This document shows positions 17,886 through 27,241 of a DNA stretch of 32,000 nucleotides, piece after piece. A model generated the notes under the pieces. It saw only the letters and a list, made by a program, of their open reading frames with translations, was not told where the DNA came from and made no database searches. Every line of letters begins with the position of its first letter. The first letter of the stretch is position 1. This DNA comes from Prochlorococcus marinus str. NATL2A (lineage in GTDB: Bacteria > Cyanobacteriota > Cyanobacteriia > PCC-6307 > Cyanobiaceae). Made by a program: the position numbers and the translations under genes. The DNA lies in assembly GCF_000012465.1 (NCBI RefSeq), contig NC_007335.2, positions 180,001 through 212,000 on the forward strand. Reading direction: 5' to 3'.

Positions 17886-19004
17886 TTATCCTCCAAATGT
17901 CATCGGAAATGCCAATTTAAGTGAAGCAGTTACAAGTAAATTGACCAAAGAAATAGGTAAAAGAAACTTCCAGCCTAAATCAAGTAGTTGATCAATCCGA
18001 ACTCTTGGAGTAGTCCATCTCAATAAGATTGCTAGAAAAACCAGTAAATAAGCCTTAAGGATTGTCATTACAATTCCAAGAGACGCAGCAATAATTTGAA
18101 CTAATGGATTATCAATTGAGAGACCTATAAATGATGAAAACCAATCAATTGAGATTGGAAAACCCCATCCTCCCAAGTACAGAACAGAAACAAGTAAAGC
18201 AGATAAAACAAGATTGATGTATCCAGCTAAGTAAAACAGAGCAAATTTCATGCCTGAATACTCAGTTTGATAGCCAGCTACAAGCTCTTCTTCTGCCTCT
18301 GGCAAATCAAAAGGTAGTCTCTCGCATTCAGCTAATGCACAGATCCAAAAAATAATAAAACCTACAGGTTGTCGCCATATATTCCAACTAAGGAAGCCGG
18401 CAGTATTTTGTTGCTCAACTATGTCAACAGTGCTCAATGAATTGCTCATCATAACTATGGCCAAAACTGCTAGCGCTAATGGAATTTCATAACTAATTGA
18501 TTGAGCGGCAGCTCTCAGCCCACCTAGTAAAGAATATTTATTATTGGAAGAGTAGCCACTCATCAGTAAACCAATTGGTTGAATGCTACTTAGGGCAATC
18601 CACAAAAATATTCCTATACCTACATTACTAATTAACAGATTTTGACCAAAGGGAACAATTAGCCAAGATAGAATAACTGGCACTAAAACTAATATTGGAC
18701 CAACTGTAAAAAGAACACTGTCAGCCCTTGCTGGAATAATGTCTTCTTTTACTAAGAGTTTCAAACCGTCTGCCATTGGCTGAAGAATACCAAGTGCACC
18801 TGCATATTCAGGCCCAATTCTTTGTTGAGCTGCTGCAGAAATTTTTCGTTCAAGCCAAACTGTTACTAATACACCAATGACAGCTGATACCAATACTAAA
18901 AGCATCGGAAGAGGGATCCATAAAAGGTGTGCTAATTCATGAGATAAACCAAGGTTTTGAACGCCTTGGGTAAAACTCATTTCAAGGTCTATGCCTGAAT
19001 TCAC
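17886..19004 (-). CDS. ndhA: NAD(P)H-quinone oxidoreductase subunit 1 (NdhA, NuoH family)
   Basis: 372-aa polytopic ORF with NuoH motifs ([46 protein letters not shown]). Confidence 0.95.
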   Translation of the reverse strand: MNSGIDLEMSFTQGVQNLGLSHELAHLLWIPLPMLLVLVSAVIGVLVTVWLERKISAAAQQRIGPEYAGALGILQPMADGLKLLVKEDIIPARADSVLFTVGPILVLVPVILSWLIVPFGQNLLISNVGIGIFLWIALSSIQPIGLLMSGYSSNNKYSLLGGLRAAAQSISYEIPLALAVLAIVMMSNSLSTVDIVEQQNTAGFLSWNIWRQPVGFIIFWICALAECERLPFDLPEAEEELVAGYQTEYSGMKFALFYLAGYINLVLSALLVSVLYLGGWGFPISIDWFSSFIGLSIDNPLVQIIAASLGIVMTILKAYLLVFLAILLRWTTPRVRIDQLLDLGWKFLLPISLVNLLVTASLKLAFPMTFGG

Positions 19005-19077
19005 TTCTTACATATGTTCTATTAACAAGGTTAGTGTAATTTTGAATTAATTTTAAATTCGAAAAATAAATTTCAAA

Positions 19078-20205
19078 TTATCTGCTTTCAAGAGGCTTCC
19101 AATTTCTCATTTTTGCTCCTTCATAAATTTGTGATGGTCTGAAAATTCTATTTGCTCCAAGTTGTTCTCTCCAGTGAGCCAACCAACCAGCAACTCTGGA
19201 AATAGCAAAAACTGGTGTAAATAAATCTCGAGGAATACCAAGCTTTCGATAAACCAGTCCAGAATAAAAGTCAACATTTGGGAATATACCTTTTGGCCCC
19301 AGCTTGGAAATAGCCTCTTCTTCAAGTGCTTTGGCTACTTCATACATTTCATCTTTACCAAATTCCGAGAAAAGTTCCTCTGCGAAGGCTTGTAAAATTG
19401 TTGCTCTAGGGTCTTTGACACGATACTCCCTGTGTCCAAAGCCCATGATTTTCCTTTTTTTTGCAATTGCATCATTGAGAAATGAAGAGACTTCATCAGG
19501 TCTTCCAATTTCTTCTAGCATTGCTATCACATCTTCATTGGCCCCTCCATGAAGAGGACCGGCTAATGTCCCAACGGCAGAAGCGACGACGGCATAAGGA
19601 TCAGTCAATGTGCTTGCAGTTACTCTTGCGCTAAACGTACTTGCATTGAGACTGTGCTCGGCATGAAGAATTAAACATCTGTCGAAAACTCTTGCTGCAA
19701 GAGGATTTGGCTCCCTCTCGGTGAGCATATAAAGGAAATTGGAAGAGTAAGGCAAATCATCTTGAGGTTGAATTGGATCGTCTCCTTTTCTTATTTGCTC
19801 GAAAGCAGCAACCATAGTTGGAATTTTTGCAATCAACCTCACTACTGCGTCGTAGATATATTTTGGATCATCAATTGCTCTTCGAGAATAAAAGAGGCCC
19901 AAAGATGCAGCACTTGCTTGAAGAGCATCCATAGGATGCCCAGACTCTGGAAAACACTTGAGCATATCTCTAATTCTAAAGCTCACTCGTCTATGCATTT
20001 GAACGTCCTTTTCAAATTTCTCAAGCTCATTTTCAGTGGGAAGTTCTCCCCAGATCAAGAGAAATGCAGTTTCTAAAAAACTACTTTTTTGGGCTAGCTC
20101 AGATATTGGATAACCTCTGTAGCTAAGCCTTCCTTCTGTTCCATTTATTTCGCATATCCCTGAGTTGGTTACTGGAACCCCTTCCAAGCCTGGCTTTAGA
20201 ACCAA
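19078..20205 (-). CDS. gltA: Citrate synthase
   Basis: 375-aa ORF with GPLHGGANE, GFGHREYRVKDPR and the NVDFYSG catalytic region. The start is TTG. I checked that no in-frame ATG, GTG or other TTG lies between it and the upstream in-frame stop at 20263-20265. Confidence 0.93.
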   Translation of the reverse strand: MVLKPGLEGVPVTNSGICEINGTEGRLSYRGYPISELAQKSSFLETAFLLIWGELPTENELEKFEKDVQMHRRVSFRIRDMLKCFPESGHPMDALQASAASLGLFYSRRAIDDPKYIYDAVVRLIAKIPTMVAAFEQIRKGDDPIQPQDDLPYSSNFLYMLTEREPNPLAARVFDRCLILHAEHSLNASTFSARVTASTLTDPYAVVASAVGTLAGPLHGGANEDVIAMLEEIGRPDEVSSFLNDAIAKKRKIMGFGHREYRVKDPRATILQAFAEELFSEFGKDEMYEVAKALEEEAISKLGPKGIFPNVDFYSGLVYRKLGIPRDLFTPVFAISRVAGWLAHWREQLGANRIFRPSQIYEGAKMRNWKPLESR

Positions 20206-20260
20206 ATTAGTTGTCTTTTTTTCGTTATCTATGGCTTTAGCTCCTGCAAAACAATTTTCT

Positions 20261-20288
20261 GTTCAATTGAAAAATTTTCAACTTGAAC
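20261..20288. repeat. 28-nt imperfect palindrome (GTTCAATTGAAAA-A-TTTTCAA(C)TTGAAC) between the 528-aa gene and gltA
   Basis: Read from the sequence. The core TTGAAAA-A-TTTTCAA is a perfect dyad. The outer GTTCAA/TTGAAC arms pair with a single-nucleotide bulge. It lies 56-83 nt upstream of the gltA TTG start and 53 nt downstream of the preceding stop. Confidence 0.4.
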
Positions 20289-20340
20289 TTTATTTTATAG
20301 AATTAAACTATATTTTTAATATAGCACTTTAAACTTTTTA

Positions 20341-21927
20341 TCAACTTGTTTTTAAGTTGATTTTAACTTTAATGAAGTCTGGATAATTAATTGTAGGTAC
20401 TGCAATGGCTATATCAATATCCTGAGGAGGATTTAGTGTGTTTCCTAACATAGTTTTCAATAAGATATATGGATAGAAACTATTTAAAATTGCTTTAGTT
20501 TTTTCTTTCCCTAAATGAATTTTTAGGACATCATCAAAATCATTAAATTCATTTGTATTCTGTTCATTATCTGAATAATTTTTTAGGTAGTTTGTATTAT
20601 CAAAATTTGATATAGAAGATAAGTTTTGACTCCAAATGTAAGTCTTGTCATCTTCTTCGACAATTGCCTCAATGTTATCTTTTAGCTCATATGTATTATT
20701 TTCATTTGTACTTATTTTTGACCAAATTTCTAGCTTTCTGCTTTTAAAATCTATATTTGAATTCAAAAAATTCTCTTTTTTTAGAATATCATCTATCTCT
20801 GTCTTTTTCGTATCAGATTTCCTAGTTAAAATCAACCAGTCTTTATCATTTATCCAAATCAAATTTCCTTGAGAGTTTTCAAGAATTATTTTTAAGAGCT
20901 CAGAATAATCTGAGGTTGTTGATTCTTTGATAATAGAGGCTATTAGCTTTTGATATGGATGGAATGAATCTTTCTGAAAATACTGCTTGGGATTGTCAAC
21001 TAATATATAATTCTCAGGCAATTCAGATTCCTTTTTTATATCAATTAAATTAGAATTAATATCTTTAACTGGCATTTTAGTTTTAACATTGTAAGCTAAT
21101 ATTCCTTCTAAGTTTAATTTATTTTTATCTACATTTACAGAAGATAGTAAATTATCTACCTTATTTATATTCAATAAATCTTCTTCTTGACCAATAAGAT
21201 TTAAAATCTTTTTTGGAGACATTTCTAATAATAATAATCCGTCTTTAAGATTATCCTTTAATTGAATATTCTTATACATTTTTTTTGTATTTATTATATT
21301 GCTATCTAATTTTTCTATTGAAGATTGTATGATATTAGGATTGGATGATATTAAAAGATTATCTTCATCATTTGCAAAGTAGATTGAGTTGTTTGAATTA
21401 ATTTGTTTTGAAATTATTTCTGTTTTTGAGGTGCTGATTTTATTGCTTTGATTAGTACTCTCATCAACAACTTTTGATCCTAAAATAGATTCTAATTCGT
21501 GTTTAATATTTACATCTTCTTTTATTGCTAAAACCATCAACCAATCATTTATAGTTTTTTTGTTTGAATCAAATACTGCAAAGCTCCCATAATCTCCTAC
21601 CCATTTTGAGATGTCTTTTGCAAAATTAAAGCCAATTAATTGAAAAGAGGAATCTCTAATAAAACTTACTTTTTTGTTTATGGCGTGTTTACTAACTTTA
21701 TCTTGATAATTTTCGATGTACTTTGGAAGTAAGCCTGGATTCAGTTTCCAGTGGAATACGAGATCAGTATTCTTTGGTATATATTTTGAGGAAACCGGAG
21801 CATTGAATGATTCTTCATTGAACTTAGGGATTTGCGTAAGATGCTTATTGCGCCAAATAAATATCCCAGTCAAAATTGATAAAATTACTATTGCAGATAT
21901 TAAAAAATAAGATTGAAGTGATTTCAT
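20341..21927 (-). CDS. Hypothetical N-terminally membrane-anchored protein, Asn/Lys/Ser/Ile-rich (possibly DUF3352-like)
   Basis: 528-aa uninterrupted ORF with one N-terminal hydrophobic segment (YFLISAIVILSILTGIFIW). The rest is hydrophilic and low complexity. The DNA is much more AT-rich than its neighbours. The family guess is from remembered synteny next to gltA and is unverified. Confidence 0.55.
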   Translation of the reverse strand: MKSLQSYFLISAIVILSILTGIFIWRNKHLTQIPKFNEESFNAPVSSKYIPKNTDLVFHWKLNPGLLPKYIENYQDKVSKHAINKKVSFIRDSSFQLIGFNFAKDISKWVGDYGSFAVFDSNKKTINDWLMVLAIKEDVNIKHELESILGSKVVDESTNQSNKISTSKTEIISKQINSNNSIYFANDEDNLLISSNPNIIQSSIEKLDSNIINTKKMYKNIQLKDNLKDGLLLLEMSPKKILNLIGQEEDLLNINKVDNLLSSVNVDKNKLNLEGILAYNVKTKMPVKDINSNLIDIKKESELPENYILVDNPKQYFQKDSFHPYQKLIASIIKESTTSDYSELLKIILENSQGNLIWINDKDWLILTRKSDTKKTEIDDILKKENFLNSNIDFKSRKLEIWSKISTNENNTYELKDNIEAIVEEDDKTYIWSQNLSSISNFDNTNYLKNYSDNEQNTNEFNDFDDVLKIHLGKEKTKAILNSFYPYILLKTMLGNTLNPPQDIDIAIAVPTINYPDFIKVKINLKTS

Positions 21928-22003
21928 TTGTCATTATTTGAGCGTTTGTATCCTTTTTGAGCTTTGATAATAGAAAGTTTAATCTTTACTTAGAATCACA
22001 AAT

Positions 22004-22360
22004 ATGAACCAGAATATTCCTTTAAATATATCTCCAAAAGAGTTAAATAAAATCTTAGAAGATGATTCTTCTGAAAAACCATTTATTGTAGATGTGAGGG
22101 AGGATAATGAAATTGCTATTGCCTCATTTTCATTCTCAGTATTACATCTACCTTTGAGCAAGGCTGCAAACTGGTCAGACAAAATAGTTGAACTGTTGCC
22201 GAAGGATCAGCCTGTTGTCGTTATTTGCCATGCGGGTGTGAGAAGTCTGAATTTTGGTATTTGGCTTCTAGAACAAGGAATAGCTAAAAGTGTTTGGAAT
22301 CTTGTCGGAGGAATAGATGCTTGGAGCACAGATGTCGATCAATCTGTTCCAAGGTATTAA
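22004..22360 (+). CDS. Single-domain rhodanese-like sulfurtransferase
   Basis: 118-aa ORF with an active-site loop CHAGVRS (CxxGxR[S/T]) and a flanking GGIDAW motif. Confidence 0.82.
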   Translation: MNQNIPLNISPKELNKILEDDSSEKPFIVDVREDNEIAIASFSFSVLHLPLSKAANWSDKIVELLPKDQPVVVICHAGVRSLNFGIWLLEQGIAKSVWNLVGGIDAWSTDVDQSVPRY

Positions 22361-22372
22361 TAAGCTGTTATT

Positions 22373-23626
22373 TTATATTTCTGATCCTAGTTTTTCAGCA
22401 ACAGTATTCACGTCTTTATCCCCTCTGCCAGAGCAGTTAATGACAATTTCAGAATTATGATTGAGAGTTGGGCAAAGTTTTTCTAGATAGGCAAATGCAT
22501 GAGCAGTCTCTAGAGCAGGAATAATACCTTCCAATTTACTAACTAATTGCAGCGCTTCTATGGCTTCAGTGTCAGTAACAGCAGCATATTCAGCACGTCC
22601 AATTTCTTTTAAGTAACTATGCTCCGGCCCAACCCCTGGATAATCAAGACCTGCGCTAATGGAATGCGCCTCCTCAACTTGCCCATCTTTGTCTTGTAGT
22701 AAGAGACTCATCGCGCCGTGGAGAACTCCTATTCTTCCTTCAGTAATTGTCGCTGCATGGCGACCTGTTTCGACTCCATCTCCCGCAGCTTCAACTCCAA
22801 TCATTCTTACACTTTTGTCTTCAACAAAAGAATGGAAAAGACCCATCGCATTCGATCCCCCACCAACACAAGCAAGAAGAACATCTGGAGACCGCCCAAA
22901 AGCTTGTTTACATTGTTGCTTTGTTTCTTCTCCAATAACTGCGTGAAAATCTCTGACCAACATTGGATATGGATGTGGGCCTGCAACTGAACCGAGAATA
23001 TAATGAGTCGTTTCAACATTAGTAACCCAATCCCGAATAGCTTCGCTGGTTGCATCTTTGAGTGTTGCTGTTCCACTTGTTACTGGCCTCACTGAGGCTC
23101 CAAGCAATTGCATTCGGAATACGTTTAAGGCTTGTCTTCTCATATCTTCTTTGCCCATATAGATAATGCACTCCAATCCAAAACGAGCGCAGACTGTCGC
23201 AGTTGCAACTCCATGCTGACCAGCTCCAGTTTCAGCAATAATTCTTTTTTTTCCCATCCGAATCGCAAGAAGAGCTTGCCCAAGTGCATTATTTATTTTG
23301 TGTGCGCCTGTGTGATTTAAATCTTCTCTTTTAAGCCAAATCCTTGGACCTTTTAATGTATTTTTTCTGTAATGTTCAGTTAGTCTTGTGGCTTCATAAA
23401 GAGGAGTTGATCTTCCTACGTATGTTTTTAGTAAATGATTTAGTTCTGAATTGAATGAAGAATCTTTCCATGCTTCTTTAGCAGCTTGCTCTAATTCAAT
23501 AAGAGCAGGTATTAAAGTTTCAGGAACATATTGCCCCCCATACTTACCAAATCGACCAAGAGTATTTGGCCTTGTTAAAGGAGATAAATCCGAATCTTTA
23601 AATTGTGTTGGGAGTGTACCTGTCAC
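22373..23626 (-). CDS. trpB: Tryptophan synthase beta chain
   Basis: 417-aa ORF with the [12 protein letters not shown]-lysine motif plus GGGSNAMG and [11 protein letters not shown] motifs. Confidence 0.96.
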   Translation of the reverse strand: MTGTLPTQFKDSDLSPLTRPNTLGRFGKYGGQYVPETLIPALIELEQAAKEAWKDSSFNSELNHLLKTYVGRSTPLYEATRLTEHYRKNTLKGPRIWLKREDLNHTGAHKINNALGQALLAIRMGKKRIIAETGAGQHGVATATVCARFGLECIIYMGKEDMRRQALNVFRMQLLGASVRPVTSGTATLKDATSEAIRDWVTNVETTHYILGSVAGPHPYPMLVRDFHAVIGEETKQQCKQAFGRSPDVLLACVGGGSNAMGLFHSFVEDKSVRMIGVEAAGDGVETGRHAATITEGRIGVLHGAMSLLLQDKDGQVEEAHSISAGLDYPGVGPEHSYLKEIGRAEYAAVTDTEAIEALQLVSKLEGIIPALETAHAFAYLEKLCPTLNHNSEIVINCSGRGDKDVNTVAEKLGSEI

Positions 23627-23665
23627 CTTAGATTAAGAAAATAATTACCAGCCAAAAAGCAAAAA

Positions 23666-23989
23666 ATGTCCAAAGGCGGCTGGAGTGAGTTTAATGACCC
23701 TCTTAAGACAATAGGGAGTAACACTCAAAATAGTGTTACTCCTAAAGGAAAGCGACAAGTTCGTTTAGAAAGAACTCGATCTGGAAAAAAAGGAAAACTT
23801 GTTACTGTCATCAAAGGACTTGAATTAGAGCAAGTAGAGGCAAAAAAAATTCTTAAGAATTTAAAAATAGCTTGCGGAACAGGTGGGGCTGTTAAAGGTG
23901 ATTTTTTAGAGTTACAAGGAGATCAAATATCAAAAGCTCAGAATTTTCTTTTAAAGGAGGGTTTTAGGCCAAAACAAAGTGGAGGTTAA
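23666..23989 (+). CDS. Translation initiation factor SUI1/YciH family protein
   Basis: 107-aa ORF with VRLERTRSGKKGKLVTVIKGL and LKIACGTGGAVKGDFLELQGD, the typical SUI1 fold signature. Confidence 0.85.
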   Translation: MSKGGWSEFNDPLKTIGSNTQNSVTPKGKRQVRLERTRSGKKGKLVTVIKGLELEQVEAKKILKNLKIACGTGGAVKGDFLELQGDQISKAQNFLLKEGFRPKQSGG

Positions 23990-24041
23990 CAATAAACTGT
24001 GTCGATCAACATGGAGAATAGTAAACAATTAGTCTGCATTC

Positions 24042-24680
24042 ATGGAACAAAACTCTAAAAGTCCTCTATCAAAAGCCACCAATATAGTTTGGCACCAATC
24101 TTCAATTGATAGAGAAGCTAGATTTCAGCAAAGAGGACATCGCAGCGCAATACTTTGGTTTACAGGTCTATCTGGTTCTGGAAAAAGCACATTAGCCAAT
24201 GCAGTAAATGTAGCTCTACACAAAGATGGTTATTCAACTTATGTTTTAGATGGTGACAATATCAGACATGGTTTATGCAAAGACTTGGGATTTTCTGATC
24301 TTGATAGGGAAGAAAATATCAGAAGAATTGGCGAAGTCTCTAAACTATTTCTTGACGCTGGAATCATTGTTTTAACTGCATTCGTATCTCCATTTAGAGT
24401 CGATCGCGATAATGCAAGATCTTTAGTTGGAGAGAATGATTTTATAGAAATATATTGTTCAGCTGATCTAGGGGTTTGTGAAACAAGAGATACAAAAGGG
24501 CTTTATGCCAAGGCAAGAAACGGAGACATCAAAGATTTTACTGGAATCTCAAGTCCTTATGAAGAACCTGAGTCTCCAGAATTGAAAATTGATACTGGAA
24601 ATCTTGAGATTGATCAATGTGTAGATATAGTTACTAATTTGCTTGTTGAAAGAAAGATTATTTCAAAAATTTCTAAGTAA
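24042..24680 (+). CDS. cysC: Adenylylsulfate (APS) kinase
   Basis: 212-aa ORF with the P-loop [23 protein letters not shown], and FVSPF and KGLYAKAR motifs. Confidence 0.93.
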   Translation: MEQNSKSPLSKATNIVWHQSSIDREARFQQRGHRSAILWFTGLSGSGKSTLANAVNVALHKDGYSTYVLDGDNIRHGLCKDLGFSDLDREENIRRIGEVSKLFLDAGIIVLTAFVSPFRVDRDNARSLVGENDFIEIYCSADLGVCETRDTKGLYAKARNGDIKDFTGISSPYEEPESPELKIDTGNLEIDQCVDIVTNLLVERKIISKISK

Positions 24681-24704
24681 ATTAGTATGTTAATGGAAAA
24701 ATAA

Positions 24705-25241
24705 TTACATTTTTTCTAGATAAGTTATGGCTCCAATCTCTTTAAGTGTGTGATCTTTTTTAACCACAAGGTCGTGCAGCTCACATCTGTAGGCGTTTAA
24801 TTTATTTTTTAATTCAGTATTGTTGATGGCTAAAATTTGAGTTGCCAAAAGGCCAGCATTTAGGCCCCCTTCTATGGCAACTGTTGCTACGGGGATGCCT
24901 GAGGGCATTTGCAAGATTGAATACATAGAATCTATCCCTGAAAGTGCCTTGCTCTTGACGGGAACGCCTATGACAGGAAGGGTTGTAAGAGATGCGATCA
25001 TTCCTGGTAGATGAGCAGCCCCGCCAGCCCCAGCAATTATCACTCCAAAACCATTTGATTCTGCCATTTGAGCAAAATCCATCATTTCTTTTGGAGTCCT
25101 ATGAGCAGACAGAATCCTTACTTCATTAGATATTCCAAATTGATCTAGAATTGCCACCGCAGGCTTAAGAGTTTTAAGATCTGAATCACTACCCATTACT
25201 ACAGCTACTTGCTTAAATGTATTAGCTTCAGTTAAAGACAA
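24705..25241 (-). CDS. purE: N5-carboxyaminoimidazole ribonucleotide mutase
   Basis: 178-aa ORF with GSDSDL, SAHRTP and AGGAAHLPGM motifs of class I PurE. Confidence 0.93.
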   Translation of the reverse strand: MSLTEANTFKQVAVVMGSDSDLKTLKPAVAILDQFGISNEVRILSAHRTPKEMMDFAQMAESNGFGVIIAGAGGAAHLPGMIASLTTLPVIGVPVKSKALSGIDSMYSILQMPSGIPVATVAIEGGLNAGLLATQILAINNTELKNKLNAYRCELHDLVVKKDHTLKEIGAITYLEKM

Positions 25242-25319
25242 TTGTCAATTCTATAAATCTCATTTTTATAATGCCAATTATTTAAGAATTCTGCATTAAT
25301 TATTTTTAGTTTTTAAGAA

Positions 25320-26480
25320 ATGAGAAAAATTACAAACATTAAAGTACCTCAACCAGAGAAAAGCGAAGATGAAAAGAATTTATTTTCACTAGTTTTAGAT
25401 GAACATGGAATTATTCTTTCTATTGATAAAACTTGCAAGAGGGAATCAAGTTATGATGAAGATTGGCATGGAGATTGGCTAAGTCCTAGGGCGATTGATC
25501 TTCAAATGAATGGAGGTTTAGGGATCTCATTTACAGATTTAAATTTTAATAAAATACCTAAATTATTAACATTGCTTGATCAACTTTGGCTAGATGGAGT
25601 TGAAGGAATTTGTCCAACTTTTGTTAGTTGTTCTCTAGATCAATTTCAATTAGGAATGGAGGTCTTAAAGGAAACGAAAAAATATACTTCAACAAATCGA
25701 TGTCGACTACTTGGCGCCCATATGGAAGGACCTTTTTTATGTGAGACATATTCTGGAGCACATGACACAGGAAGTATTTGTAGACCTAGTATTTCTGCCT
25801 TAAATGAGAGAATAAAGGGATTTGAGGACGACATAGCACTAATGACATTGGCTCCAGAATTAAAAGGTTCTTTGGATGTAATTTCTCGTCTAAGAGAATT
25901 AAATATCGTTGTCTCACTGGGACATTCTTCAGCTGATTTTGATTCAGCCATAAAAGCTTTTAATAATGGTGTGAGCATGATTACGCATACTTTTAATGCA
26001 ATGAAAGGTTTACATCATCGAGCTATTGGACCTATAGGAGCGGCTGCAAGAAGAGACGATATTTTCCTAGGATTGATAGGTGATGGTGTTCATGTTCATT
26101 CAGATATGATTAGGCTTTTAAAGATACTTGCACCAAAGCAAATTGTTTTAGTTAGCGATGCAATATCAGCTTATGGTTTAGGAGATGGATCGTTTAATTG
26201 GGATAAACGCTTGATAACAGTAGAAAATGGTTTATGCAGACTTCCAAATGAAACAATTGCAGGATCCACTTTGCCTTTACTTGACGCATGCAAAAAAATA
26301 GCAAATTGGATTAATGATCCCTCTGCTGCTATTTGGATGGCAACACTTGCTCCACGTATGGTATTAAGTCAGAACAAAATGACTGCAAAATCTTTTTTTA
26401 TTGGAAAAAATATTAAGTCTTTACTTAGATGGAAAATGAATTCTTGTAATCATCAGTTGTCTTGGCAGTTGGCTGCGTAA
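25320..26480 (+). CDS. nagA: N-acetylglucosamine-6-phosphate deacetylase (amidohydrolase superfamily)
   Basis: 386-aa ORF. IDLQMNGGLGISF, HMEGPFL, GHSSAD, THTFNAM and LVSDA correspond to the E. coli-type NagA motif set, and all appear intact. Confidence 0.8.
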   Translation: MRKITNIKVPQPEKSEDEKNLFSLVLDEHGIILSIDKTCKRESSYDEDWHGDWLSPRAIDLQMNGGLGISFTDLNFNKIPKLLTLLDQLWLDGVEGICPTFVSCSLDQFQLGMEVLKETKKYTSTNRCRLLGAHMEGPFLCETYSGAHDTGSICRPSISALNERIKGFEDDIALMTLAPELKGSLDVISRLRELNIVVSLGHSSADFDSAIKAFNNGVSMITHTFNAMKGLHHRAIGPIGAAARRDDIFLGLIGDGVHVHSDMIRLLKILAPKQIVLVSDAISAYGLGDGSFNWDKRLITVENGLCRLPNETIAGSTLPLLDACKKIANWINDPSAAIWMATLAPRMVLSQNKMTAKSFFIGKNIKSLLRWKMNSCNHQLSWQLAA

Positions 26481-26508
26481 GATCGTTAAGAGGTAATTAT
26501 CTGATTAA

Positions 26509-27210
26509 ATGACAACGCAAATTGAGAAAAATGAAAAGGCGGAAGTCACTGAATATTTTAATGGGACTGGGTTTGATAGATGGAATCGAATATATAGCGA
26601 AAGTGATGATGTAAATAAAGTGCAAAAAAATATAAGGATAGGTCACCAAAAGACAGTTGATGATGTCATTAGTTGGTTGAAAGAGTATGACAATATCAAG
26701 GATAAAAGTTTTTGTGATGCTGGCTGTGGTGTTGGTAGTTTAAGTATTCCATTGGCAAAATTGGGTGCTAAATCAATTCATTTAAGTGATATTTCTGAAG
26801 CCATGATAAACGAGACAAAAAGTAGGGCAAAGGAAGAAGGTTTGGACTTCAATAAGCTGAATTTTCGAACATCTGATTTAGAAAATTTAAAAGGTTCATT
26901 TAATACAGTTATTTGCTTAGATGTTTTCATTCACTACCCTCAACAGGAGGCTGAGGCAATGGTGAAACATCTATGTGAATTATCTGATGAGAGATTAATT
27001 GTTAGCTTTGCACCATATACTCCTTTACTAGCCCTTTTAAAAGGTATTGGTCAGCTATTCCCTGGACCAAGTAAAACTACTAGGGCATATACATTAAGGG
27101 AGTCCGGAATTATCGAAGCTGCAAAGCAATCTGGCTTTAAAGTTGTCAAAAGCAAGTTGAATCAAGCTCCTTTTTATTTTTCGAAATTAATAGAATTTGT
27201 GAAATCCTAG
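26509..27210 (+). CDS. chlM: Magnesium-protoporphyrin IX O-methyltransferase
   Basis: 233-aa ORF with YFNGTGFDRWNRIY at the N-terminus and the SAM-binding motif CDAGCGVGSLSIPLA. Confidence 0.92.
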   Translation: MTTQIEKNEKAEVTEYFNGTGFDRWNRIYSESDDVNKVQKNIRIGHQKTVDDVISWLKEYDNIKDKSFCDAGCGVGSLSIPLAKLGAKSIHLSDISEAMINETKSRAKEEGLDFNKLNFRTSDLENLKGSFNTVICLDVFIHYPQQEAEAMVKHLCELSDERLIVSFAPYTPLLALLKGIGQLFPGPSKTTRAYTLRESGIIEAAKQSGFKVVKSKLNQAPFYFSKLIEFVKS

Positions 27211-27241
27211 AGAACTAAAATTTTAATTTTTCAAAAAATAT

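Noticed and set aside
19005-19077. Putative sigma70-type promoter for ndhA (minus-strand TTGAAA ... TAAAAT) in the gltA-ndhA spacer
   Set aside because: The best hexamer pair has only a 15-nt spacer. In DNA this AT-rich such matches are expected by chance, so I cannot support it without TSS data.
19107-20076. ORFs 19107-19325 (-), 19304-19552 (+) and 19762-20076 (+), within gltA
   Set aside because: These are out-of-frame or antisense to citrate synthase, which is intact end to end, so they are shadow ORFs.
20341-21927. Reading the AT-rich 528-aa gene as a horizontally acquired island or mobile element
   Set aside because: It has no flanking direct or inverted repeats, no tRNA or integrase, and core genes sit immediately on both sides on the same strand. 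Low GC with N/K/I enrichment is what weakly constrained native genes look like in Prochlorococcus.
22659-23320. Cluster of five overlapping ORFs (62-95 aa, both strands and frames) inside trpB
   Set aside because: trpB is unambiguous over the whole span, with its PLP-lysine and GGGSNAMG motifs. The extra ORFs are alternative-frame or antisense artefacts of a slightly more GC-rich gene and have no motifs of their own. I see no evidence for a nested gene.
25320-26480. Suspicion that the nagA-like gene is a pseudogene or non-enzymatic, because it lacks an HxH motif near the N-terminus
   Set aside because: E. coli-type NagA also has Q-x-N in place of HxH (here IDLQMNGG). The remaining motif set (HMEGPFL, GHSSAD, THTFNAM, LVSDA) is present and the ORF is uninterrupted.
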